Part shown: positions 53,334 through 60,897 of the stretch, piece by piece
Numbering within the stretch: position 1 is the stretch's first letter
How the letters are laid out: every line of letters starts with the position of its first letter
Assembly: GCA_018896875.1 (NCBI GenBank)
Contig: JAHILT010000032.1
Span: 1 to 60,897 of the forward strand
Source: Patescibacteria group bacterium
GTDB taxonomy: Bacteria > Patescibacteriota > Minisyncoccia > UBA6257 > 02-FULL-45-10c
Direction of reading: 5' to 3'
DNA: 60,897 nucleotides
Made by a program: the position numbers and the translations under genes
The notes under the pieces: generated by a model
The model's input: the letters and a program-made list of their open reading frames with translations, nothing else
Told to the model about the DNA's origin: nothing
Databases searched by the model: none

Positions 53334-55338
53334 CTTCTCTAGATTTTATTTGTTGTGTGCCGTAAGTAAACACAGAACCTCCCGATTCTTCCCATATATA
53401 TTCTATAGGAGTAGCAACTTCATATTCTAAAGATCCATAGTCTCCGGATTGTTTATCAAAAACAAAGGTGAATTTACTACCATCTTCTATTTTAATCCTT
53501 CCTATTTGTTCGTAGTTTAAAATAAGAGTTTTTGTTTCTCCTGCTGGAGTATTAATCCATGTGCCAACAAATTGTTTATCCTTTTCTTCTCCTCTCCAAA
53601 TTTTAGAATCTTCTACATAAAAAGAATTTTCTTCAATAGCCTTTAGGTCTTCATCAATTTTAAGACTAGGGTTATGCTCTAAATTTAAATAGTCATAAGG
53701 AGACGAATCGTTTCCATCAACAGATATTATTTCAGAAATTTTAGGAATTAATATTTTAGAATAATTTTTATTAGTTGCTGTATACCACCAATCTTTTTCG
53801 TTTTGTCCGCTATGAGTTCGTGTAATCGAAAGCTTGTTAACAATATTTCCGTCTTTTAGAATTTGGCTTTGGAGTTGTATTTGTTGGTTAATAAAAGCAT
53901 CGCTTTTCCCTCCGGCTACATTACTATTAACCACAGCTAAATAATCGCCATTGAAATTTTTAGGGATAGAAAATGATGTTCCGTCTAGTTTGAATTCTAA
54001 AAATATTTTTTGGATATCTTCATTCTCGGAAAACGCCATAATATCTTTTTGCTCAATACCTTTTTTTATATTTTCAATAAGTTCCAGCTTTTGGTCATCA
54101 TCTAAATCTTTTAATCTTTCTATAATTTTTGGGGCTAAAATAGTAAGAACTAGTTTTGGATTTTGTCCAGGAACATGATCACGTCCAGCTTCTACTTCGT
54201 ATTGAAGTTGCTCCAAGAAATTAGAACTATCAATAACTAAATCGTATTCAGGAATCTCAATAGGTCCAATAAGATTTAATATAAAACTTAAAACATGAGG
54301 ATTAATAGCTATCACATTTTCAAATTCATCGTTTGTTTTATTAAAGAGTTGTGAATTTTCTAAAAAGCAAGATACTTTTTGTGCCGAGTCAGGGAAGTCA
54401 AAAAACCAATTAGCATCTCTTGCTCCCCATATGTCTGTAATCGTACTAAGTTCTCTTGGCGGAGCCACTTCAATATCTAATTGTCGGTCAGAATTATATA
54501 TATCTTCAATTTTTATTTCTTTTATACTTCCATTATTCAAGGTGATATACCCGAAGCTTCCGATAAAACCACCAGCTGGACGTATCTCTGTAGCGTTCTG
54601 GAATAGTAATAATATTTTGACATCTTCTGGTGCTTCCAAGAGAGATACTAAAGCCTCAATCATTTCTTGTCCTTTATAAATGCTTAAATTAATATAAGGA
54701 TAATTTTTATCAAAAGCATCATATATTTCAACTAATCTTGGACTTAAATCTTTTAACTCTCTAGCTTGTTTTCTGAAATCTTCGGTCGTTTTTTCTAAAG
54801 AATAAAGATTGTCTTTGATACTGTTTAGTCTGTCTATTAATTCTCCTCCTTTTTGGTTAAAAATGAGTTGAATGGCGTTGTTTTTTAAGTAATCTATATC
54901 ACTTGCCACTTGTGTGATTTTATCGCTAATAATGGCAATATTTTTGAAAGCCCCAGGCACTTCTTCTAATGATTTATTAAATTGTCCAATCACAGAAAAC
55001 AACTCGGTTATTTTATATATTTTGATTTTTGATTCCAATTCTTTAATTTCTTGATTAATGGCCATCAAGGAATCTTTTAGTTGCCCAGTCTTTGTTTCTT
55101 TCAGGGCGTTTTTTATAATTTGAATATGTATGGATGTATACCGAAGAGATTCGGAAAGAGTATTTTTAATGCCAATAATAAAAAATGTTCCGACAATTAT
55201 ACCGATTAACAATCCGAAAACAACAACATATTTTATTATTTTATTTATATATTTTTTCCTCTTATTCCCTCCTTTTAAAGGAGGGCTAGGGTGGATTTTC
55301 TTTTCTTTATTCAAACAGTTTTTCTTTTCTTCTGCCAT
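53305..55338 (-). CDS. DUF4012 domain membrane-anchored protein
   Basis: LLLFQNATEIRPAGGFIGSFGY signature after one TM helix. The ORF runs to 55572, but 55339-55572 is repeat-derived; ATG at 55338 (MAEEKK) preferred. It still contains one hairpin module in frame. Confidence 0.8.
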   Translation of the reverse strand: MAEEKKNCLNKEKKIHPSPPLKGGNKRKKYINKIIKYVVVFGLLIGIIVGTFFIIGIKNTLSESLRYTSIHIQIIKNALKETKTGQLKDSLMAINQEIKELESKIKIYKITELFSVIGQFNKSLEEVPGAFKNIAIISDKITQVASDIDYLKNNAIQLIFNQKGGELIDRLNSIKDNLYSLEKTTEDFRKQARELKDLSPRLVEIYDAFDKNYPYINLSIYKGQEMIEALVSLLEAPEDVKILLLFQNATEIRPAGGFIGSFGYITLNNGSIKEIKIEDIYNSDRQLDIEVAPPRELSTITDIWGARDANWFFDFPDSAQKVSCFLENSQLFNKTNDEFENVIAINPHVLSFILNLIGPIEIPEYDLVIDSSNFLEQLQYEVEAGRDHVPGQNPKLVLTILAPKIIERLKDLDDDQKLELIENIKKGIEQKDIMAFSENEDIQKIFLEFKLDGTSFSIPKNFNGDYLAVVNSNVAGGKSDAFINQQIQLQSQILKDGNIVNKLSITRTHSGQNEKDWWYTATNKNYSKILIPKISEIISVDGNDSSPYDYLNLEHNPSLKIDEDLKAIEENSFYVEDSKIWRGEEKDKQFVGTWINTPAGETKTLILNYEQIGRIKIEDGSKFTFVFDKQSGDYGSLEYEVATPIEYIWEESGGSVFTYGTQQIKSREVIELTLKKQ

Positions 55339-55495
55339 CCCCGTTTTTTTCTTGTCATTCCGCACTTGATGCGGAATCCAGCCTTTCTTATTCTCTCCCT
55401 TTAGTCTTTTCTGCCCCCCTCCTTTAGGAGGGGTTAGGGGAGATTTTCTTTCTCCTTTTCTTCGTTGTTCGTTGTCTGTTGTCTGTTGTTTGTTA
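55261..55495. repeat. mosaic hairpin island E, lying inside the 5' part of the DUF4012 ORF
   Basis: Modules at 55261-55300 (TTATTCCCTCC...GGTGGATTTTC), 55354-55382 (GTCATTCCGCACTTGATGCGGAATCC), 55424-55448 (CCCCTCCTTTAGGAGGGG...) and 55460-55495 (GTTGT-rich). Confidence 0.85.
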
Positions 55496-55572
55496 CTTTT
55501 TATATCACAAAGAGATTTTTGTATGTTTTTTTTAGGGATATAGTCCATTAAAGTTATTTTATCAGAAAACAA

Positions 55573-55775
55573 AGAAATAGTTATTAGCCATTAAAAATGT
55601 AAAATGTAAATCTCAAAAATCAAAATGATAATGCAAAAATATAAAATATAAGAATTAACTCAGAAACAGTAATTTTATTTTTTGTTCTAACTTTTGGATT
55701 TTTTATTCCCCTCCTTTAGTTTCTCTTACCCCTCACTTTTTTCTTCAATCCTCCCCCTTCTATAAGGGGGAGGTA
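55573..55775. repeat. second copy of the roughly 140-bp AT-rich unit plus hairpins
   Basis: 55573-55705 is homologous to 51332-51470. Hairpin CCTCCCCCTT-CTAT-AAGGGGGAGG near 55749-55772. Confidence 0.8.
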
Positions 55776-55872
55776 GGTGGGGGAAGATTTCTATTCTTAT
55801 CTTTTTTATCCTCTCTAATATTTTAAAATTAGGTTATAATATAAATTATATAAAATTAAATTTCTAAACAAA

Positions 55873-56607
55873 ATGTTAAACATTGGAAAAAAAATTTCAA
55901 TTGGAGCTGTCTTAACCATTTTGGTCGCGCTTGGATATAGCGGATATACAATAATAAAAAAGACTGATTTAGAAAAATTAAAACAAGGTGATAATCTTGT
56001 GTACGAAGTAAAAAAAGTAATTGACGGAGACACAATAAAACTTGCCGATGGGGACATAGTTAGGCTTTTGGGAATAGACGCCCCAGAACAAGGAGCGTGT
56101 TTTTATGAAGAATCAACCAATGCTCTTAAAGACTTAATTGAGGGGAAAGAGGTTGAATTAAGAAAAGATATTAATGGACAGGATAAGTTCGGGAGATTAC
56201 TTAGGTATGTAATTTTACCTAACCCCGGTCCGTTAGAAGATGGTTTGCTTGTTGATGAATATATGGTGAAAGAAGGATATGCGATACCAATGTCTAATTC
56301 ACAAGATAAACTTTATTATGGTTTGCTTTTGGATAGTAGAGACAAAGCGATAATGGGTAACAAGGGGTTATGGGGCGAGTGTGATTATGATGTTCCAGGG
56401 CAGGTTCAAGATCACACAGAATCCTTAAACGAAGAATGTGTTATTAAAGGGAATGTTTCTATAGATAATTTTGGAAAGGTATATTTTTTACCAGAATGTA
56501 ATAATTACAAACAAGTAAAAATTGATTTAAGTCGAGGAGAACAATATTTTTGCACCGAAGCCGAAGCTATTAAGGCAGGATTTATAAAGGCAACATTTTG
56601 CCCATAG
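55873..56607 (+). CDS. membrane-anchored thermonuclease (SNase) family protein with a C-terminal Cys-containing domain
   Basis: VIDGDTIKL..G..VRLLGIDAPE and GRLLRYV SNase motifs. C-terminal IKGN.S...GKVY..P.C..Y......GE.YFC.EAEA..AGF segment. Confidence 0.85.
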   Translation: MLNIGKKISIGAVLTILVALGYSGYTIIKKTDLEKLKQGDNLVYEVKKVIDGDTIKLADGDIVRLLGIDAPEQGACFYEESTNALKDLIEGKEVELRKDINGQDKFGRLLRYVILPNPGPLEDGLLVDEYMVKEGYAIPMSNSQDKLYYGLLLDSRDKAIMGNKGLWGECDYDVPGQVQDHTESLNEECVIKGNVSIDNFGKVYFLPECNNYKQVKIDLSRGEQYFCTEAEAIKAGFIKATFCP

Positions 56608-56609
56608 AT

Positions 56610-56797
56610 TTTTTCTCTATCATTGCGCTTTGCCCGCGGCAATCTCTCTATCGTTTCCTTTTTTTCTGTCATCTCCGCTCCTTCTGTCATTCCCGCGGAG
56701 GCGGGAATCCAGTCTTCCCCATCTTTCTTATTCCCTCCTTTTAAAGGAGGGCTAGGGCATGCCCCCTTACTCATCCTTGAGTGTGGGGGTGGATTTT
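56610..56797. repeat. mosaic hairpin island F
   Basis: Same module order as 51505-51695 (CATTGCG...CGGCAATCTC; GTCATTCCCGCGGAGGCGGGAATCC; long TTATTCCCTCC...GGTGGATTTT). Confidence 0.85.
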
Positions 56798-56838
56798 CCC
56801 CTCTGTTATTTCCTTTTTTCTTCTTTTAATAATTTTCA

Positions 56839-56894
56839 CCCTGTTAAATAATTTCGCTTTCATCGAAATTACTGCGAAGCAGTATTTAACAGGG
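56839..56894 (+). other. compact Y-shaped (three-way) hairpin structure
   Basis: Outer stem CCCTGTTAAATA/TATTTAACAGGG encloses two abutting hairpins, ATTTCG-CTTTCA-TCGAAAT and TACTGC-GAA-GCAGTA. Confidence 0.5.
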
Positions 56895-57024
56895 TAGAAT
56901 TTAGAATTTGATTTATCATTTAAAATTTGTAATTTAAAATTACTTCCTAATTCCTAGTGTCTAAAATCATTTGACCAATATCAATTTATACATTAATATA
57001 TTAATTACTATTTACAATAAACTT

Positions 57025-57354
57025 ATGCCTATAAACAAAGAATTATTTAGTAAAATTAAATCAGGAGCGAATGTGAAGGTTTTTGAGAGAGTTAAAGAAG
57101 GAAATAAAGAGCGTATCGCTCAGTTCTCTGGTATGGTTATTGCCAGAAAACATGGTTCAGAAATTGGTGCTACTTTTACCGTCCGTACTACATTAGCTGG
57201 AGTGGGAGTAGAAAAAGTTTTTCCTTTACATTCTACTAAAATTCAAAAGATAGAGATTATAAGTTCTCCAAAAAAAGTTTCACGTTCAAAAATTTATTAC
57301 ATTAGAAATCTTTCTAAAAAACAGACTCGTCAGAAAGTTGGTTCTGCAGAATAA
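57025..57354 (+). CDS. rplS: 50S ribosomal protein L19
   Basis: G..VKV...V.EG.KERIQ.F.G.VIA.K..G....FTVR......GVE..FP.HS..I pattern. ATG at 57025. Confidence 0.92.
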   Translation: MPINKELFSKIKSGANVKVFERVKEGNKERIAQFSGMVIARKHGSEIGATFTVRTTLAGVGVEKVFPLHSTKIQKIEIISSPKKVSRSKIYYIRNLSKKQTRQKVGSAE

Positions 57355-57369
57355 GATTGCTTTCAAAGC

Positions 57370-57400
57370 TCCGCTAACTAATAAACTGGCGGATTTTTTT
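57370..57400 (+). terminator. intrinsic terminator candidate
   Basis: TCCGC (57370-57374) pairs with GCGGA (57389-57393), followed by T7. Short stem. Confidence 0.5.
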
Positions 57401-57439
57401 AAAATTTTCTATTATAATAAGAGTCATCAGTTAAACTTT

Positions 57440-57522
57440 GCCCAGGTGGTGAAATTGGTAAACACGCCACCTTGAGGTGGTGGTGCTGAAAGGCAATGGA
57501 GGTTCGAGTCCTCTCCTGGGCA
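57440..57522 (+). tRNA. tRNA-Leu (anticodon GAG), long variable arm
   Basis: Acceptor GCCCAGG/CCTGGGC, anticodon loop TTGAGGT, T-arm GGAGG-TTCGAGT-CCTCT. No CCA. Confidence 0.85.
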
Positions 57523-57602
57523 CATAACAAATGGAAAATGTAAGTAATCTGTTATAATTAAAAACGAGGTTAGTCTCCCTGTAATTAATAAATAATAATA
57601 AA

Positions 57603-57884
57603 ATGCTTTCACAATTACCCATTGATTTAAAAAAAGTTAAAAAAGAAGATATAGATAAAGAGATTTTAAGAGTCGGAATTATTGCTGAATATGACGCAGT
57701 GAGTCTTTATGAACAAATGGCATCTATAACCGAGAATGAAGACATGAAAAAGATTTTATTAGATATAGCCAAAGAAGAAAAAACACACGTTGGTGAATTT
57801 CAGGCATTGCTTTTGAAGATAGATAAAGAACAAGAAGAGGAATTAAAAAAAGGAGCAGAGGAAGTAGAAGAAAAATCAGAATAA
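57603..57884 (+). CDS. small ferritin-like / rubrerythrin-family (EncFtn-like) protein
   Basis: 93 aa, AEYDAVSLYEQMA...IAKEEKTHVGEF (E...ExxH di-iron-type ligand pattern). Confidence 0.55.
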   Translation: MLSQLPIDLKKVKKEDIDKEILRVGIIAEYDAVSLYEQMASITENEDMKKILLDIAKEEKTHVGEFQALLLKIDKEQEEELKKGAEEVEEKSE

Positions 57885-57963
57885 TTACTTAAAAAGCTCG
57901 CCGAATTTTTTCTGTTAAAGATTTGGCTTTTTACTGTAAGGATTGTTATTAATAAATATAAAT

Positions 57964-59673
57964 ATGAATATGAATAGTATTTTAAAACTTTTAACTATCG
58001 CGCTTCTTTTAACCATAGTAATAAGTGTTTTTTATATTTTTAGTGATAACAATAAAGATTTGAACATCAGTTTAATTGCTCCTGACGAAATAATGGTAGG
58101 GGTTCCTTTTGATTTAAAAGCGGAGTTTAGCAATCAATTAAATTCTGTTCTTAAAGATGCGTCTCTTATTATTACTCTTCCAGAAGGAGCAGTTTTTATT
58201 GGTAGTGAAGAAGGTAAAAAGGTGGAAAGCAAGGATTTAGGAGATATAGGAACAGGAAGTTTAATCTCGGAAAATTATAAGGTTGTTTTTTTGAATGGCT
58301 CTAATGAGAATTGTGAAATTGGAGTATTGGTTTCTTATTATTCGTCTTCTTCAAAATATGAAAAAGAAGAGAAGAAAAGCATTAAGATTTTAAATAATGG
58401 AATAAATATTACCTTTGATGCACCAGAGCAAGTTTTTAATGGAGAAGAATTTGAAATAAAAATTAATTATAAAAATGTTTCAGAATTAGATTTTTATGGC
58501 TTAGGACTAGACATTGAATATCCTGCTAATTTTACTTTTATTAGCTCAGACTATAAACCTGACACAGGAAATAATGTTTGGGATTTAGGGGATTTAAGGA
58601 GTGAGTCAGAAGGAGATTTTATTATAAAAGGCAGTGTTATTGGTCCCGATAATTCTCCTGTAGTTTTTAAATTTAGTTTAAAAATTGACTTAGGCAATAA
58701 AGAATATTATCTGAACTTAAATGATGTTGAATTAGTTATTTCTCCTTCTCCACTTTCTATTGCAATTCTTTTGAATAATGAACAAGAATACGTAGCTAAA
58801 ACAGAAGACACATTAAGATATGTAATTAGTTATGTAAACAATACTAATGTCCCATTAAAAAATTCAGTAGTTAGAGCTTATTTATCAGGAGAGCTTTTTG
58901 ATCTTACCTCGTTGGATTCCAAGTCCATCTTTAGAAGTTCTGACGATAGTTTAATATGGAATTCAAGCAATTCTCCAGAGCTTAATTACATTGCTCCTCG
59001 GAGTGCTGGTTTTGTTAGTTTCACCATAGATACAAAAGATAGATATCCAACACGAAGATTAGGAGATAAGGATTACTCATTAAATATTAGAGTTGAAATA
59101 GAATCGCCCACAGTTCCAGAATTTTTAGATGTTGATAAAACTTATAATACGTCTAAATTAGAAACCAAAGTATCAGGGAGTTTGTCGTTAGAAACCACAG
59201 CTTATTTTAGAGATGCACAATCTGGAATTTTAAATAGTGGCGCATTACCACCAAGAGTTGGAGAGCCAACTAATTTTACTATTCATTGGATTCTAAATAG
59301 TCTTGCTTCAGATTTTGCTAACATTGAAATTAAAGCTTTCTTAGAGGAAGGTGTTGAATTTACAGGGACAGCGAAAAGTAATTTTGGTAATATTCCTATT
59401 TTAAATGAAGAAACTAATGAAATTATTTGGGCTTTGGATAAATTGCCAGCTAACAAAGGATTTATTGACAGCCCAGCTGAAGCCATTTTTCAAATTAAAG
59501 CTATTCCATCTAGTGAACAGATAGCTAATTATATGAAGCTTATTGGTGAGACCAGTATGAAAGCTATTGACGCTTTTACTTCCGAAGAAATAGGATTAAA
59601 ATTGTCTCCAGTCACCACAGCATTACCCGATGACTTAACTATTGGACAACAAGGAGGAGTTGTACAACCATAG
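57964..59673 (+). CDS. secreted or membrane-anchored protein with repeated Ig-like (CARDB/DUF11-like) segments
   Basis: ATG at 57964, N-terminal TM/signal helix, beta-rich repeats (VGVPFDLKAEFSN, NGEEFEIKINYKN, TLRYVISYVNN). Confidence 0.65.
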   Translation: MNMNSILKLLTIALLLTIVISVFYIFSDNNKDLNISLIAPDEIMVGVPFDLKAEFSNQLNSVLKDASLIITLPEGAVFIGSEEGKKVESKDLGDIGTGSLISENYKVVFLNGSNENCEIGVLVSYYSSSSKYEKEEKKSIKILNNGINITFDAPEQVFNGEEFEIKINYKNVSELDFYGLGLDIEYPANFTFISSDYKPDTGNNVWDLGDLRSESEGDFIIKGSVIGPDNSPVVFKFSLKIDLGNKEYYLNLNDVELVISPSPLSIAILLNNEQEYVAKTEDTLRYVISYVNNTNVPLKNSVVRAYLSGELFDLTSLDSKSIFRSSDDSLIWNSSNSPELNYIAPRSAGFVSFTIDTKDRYPTRRLGDKDYSLNIRVEIESPTVPEFLDVDKTYNTSKLETKVSGSLSLETTAYFRDAQSGILNSGALPPRVGEPTNFTIHWILNSLASDFANIEIKAFLEEGVEFTGTAKSNFGNIPILNEETNEIIWALDKLPANKGFIDSPAEAIFQIKAIPSSEQIANYMKLIGETSMKAIDAFTSEEIGLKLSPVTTALPDDLTIGQQGGVVQP

Positions 59674-59740
59674 GATAGTGAATTAGCCACTAGAAACTAG
59701 GTAATTTAGTAAAAATTAGTATAAGAATTAAGATTTAAGA

Positions 59741-60897
59741 ATGACAAAAACAACAAAAAATATCAAAATTAATCCAGAAAGAATGAATAAAATTATTTCT
59801 TTATGCAAAAGAAGAGGCTTTGTTTTTCCTGGAAGCGAAATTTATGGTGGACTAGCTAATTCTTGGGACTATGGTTCCGTAGGAGTAGAACTTAAAAATA
59901 ATATTAAACAGCTTTGGTGGAAACGTTTTGTGCAGTCTCGTGACGACGTAGTAGGGATTGATGCTGCTTTAATTATGAATACAAAAGTCTGGGAGGCTAG
60001 TGGTCATTTAGATAATTTTAGCGACCCGCTCGTAGAGTGTAAAAAGTGCCATGATCGTTTTAAGCCAGACCAAGAAATTCCCGGATTTGTAATAGAATCA
60101 CAAGAATCAAAAAAGGATGAATCTAATTCCAAGCTTTTAGAAAAGCATAAATGTAAAAAGTGTGGTGCAGTTGGGGAATTTACCTCACCGAAACAATTCA
60201 ATCTAATGCTTAAAACTTTTTTAGGCCCTGCTGAGGAAGCTGCCAATATAGTATATTTTAGGCCAGAAACAGCTCAAGCAATGTTTGTAGATTTTAAAAA
60301 TGTTTTACAAACTACACGCAAAAAATTACCTTTTGGAATCGCACAAATTGGAAAAGCTTTTAGAAACGAAATAACTCCAGGTAATTTTATTTTTCGTACT
60401 CGTGAATTTGAACAAATGGAAATAGAATATTTCTTTAATCCAAAAGAGGATTGGAATAAATATTTTAATATATGGCAAAAAGAAATGGTTGAATGGATGA
60501 AAGAAATCGGTATTGATATTGATAAAGTTCATGAGCTTGAAGTATCAGAAGACGAGCGAGCGCATTATTCTAAGAGAACTATTGATTTTGAATATGAATT
60601 TCCATTCGGAACAAAAGAGCTTTACGGACTTGCCTATAGAACAGATTTTGACTTGAAGAACCACGCCGAATCAAGCAAGCAAGATTTAAATTATTTAGAC
60701 CCAGAAACAAACGAAAAGTTTATCCCTCACGTTATTGAACCAACATGGGGAGTAGACAGAACTGTTCTAGCTGTACTTTGCAGTTCTTATGACGATTCTA
60801 ACCCAGAACGCATAATTCTAAGGTTGCCTTACAAATTAGCTCCATACAAAGTGGCAGTTTTTCCTCTTCTCAAAAACAAACCAGAATTAGTTTCAAA
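59741..60897 (+). CDS. glyQS: glycine--tRNA ligase (dimeric GlyQS type), 3' end outside the window
   Basis: RRGFVFPGSEIYGGLANSWDYG and FRNEITPGNFIFRTREFEQMEIEYF class II motifs. Frame open to the window end, so absent from the ORF track. Confidence 0.93.
   Translation, partial: MTKTTKNIKINPERMNKIISLCKRRGFVFPGSEIYGGLANSWDYGSVGVELKNNIKQLWWKRFVQSRDDVVGIDAALIMNTKVWEASGHLDNFSDPLVECKKCHDRFKPDQEIPGFVIESQESKKDESNSKLLEKHKCKKCGAVGEFTSPKQFNLMLKTFLGPAEEAANIVYFRPETAQAMFVDFKNVLQTTRKKLPFGIAQIGKAFRNEITPGNFIFRTREFEQMEIEYFFNPKEDWNKYFNIWQKEMVEWMKEIGIDIDKVHELEVSEDERAHYSKRTIDFEYEFPFGTKELYGLAYRTDFDLKNHAESSKQDLNYLDPETNEKFIPHVIEPTWGVDRTVLAVLCSSYDDSNPERIILRLPYKLAPYKVAVFPLLKNKPELVS

Noticed and set aside
30157-56797. 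CRISPR array interpretation of the recurring GC-rich hairpins
   Set aside because: There is no constant repeat alternating with unique spacers of regular length. Modules are heterogeneous, nested and scattered singly, and no cas genes are present.
59674-59740. T-box leader upstream of glyQS
   Set aside because: The spacer is only 67 nt and is occupied by the ATTAGCCACTAG motif. That is far too short for a T-box, and no T-box consensus sequence was seen.

Overview
Visibly AT-rich bacterial chromosomal segment that looks like a Candidate Phyla Radiation / Patescibacteria (Parcubacteria-like) genome. That assignment is an inference from gene content: DUF4012, GNVGIGT-motif surface proteins, small compact genes, an insertion-laden 23S and tRNAs without encoded CCA. 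I call 52 CDS. They include housekeeping genes (rpoB-rpoC, rpsF-ssb-rpsR, rplS, topA, dprA, rel, parB, cca, dut, truB, glyQS, mltG, a SEDS protein). They also include a small polysaccharide cluster (flippase, epimerase, priming sugar transferase), an extracytoplasmic thiol-redox trio (DsbA-like, glutaredoxin-like, TrxB), an ECF sigma factor and several large secreted repeat proteins. RNA genes are 8 tRNAs (none encodes CCA) and a 23S-5S operon with no 16S in the window. The 23S is about 3.8 kb because of a 256-nt group-I-like intron at the I-CreI-type site, a roughly 250-nt helix-tip insertion in domain II and domain I expansions. The unusual part is the non-coding DNA, which holds at least five families of hairpin-forming repeats. 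(1) A roughly 134-bp inverted-repeat element whose right arm ends exactly on the start codon of rpoC, ssb and a membrane-protein gene; it is flanked by an ATGAAT duplication and carries a short ORF that stops just past the host ATG. (2) A structured hairpin module with compensatory base changes, shared by the 23S insertion and two intergenic loci. (3) Mosaic islands of GC-rich hairpins with nested insertions, one translated in frame inside the DUF4012 gene. (4) Stop-codon-dense ATTAGCCACTAG palindromes placed directly after stop codons. (5) A 320-bp dyad of GTAAT/ATTAC motif arrays upstream of a Kelch-repeat surface protein. TGA is never used as a stop (37 TAA, 14 TAG, 0 TGA) and never interrupts a conserved gene. 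No CRISPR array, transposase, reverse transcriptase or recognisable defence system was seen. All calls come from reading the sequence and the translations; no database search or folding software was run.
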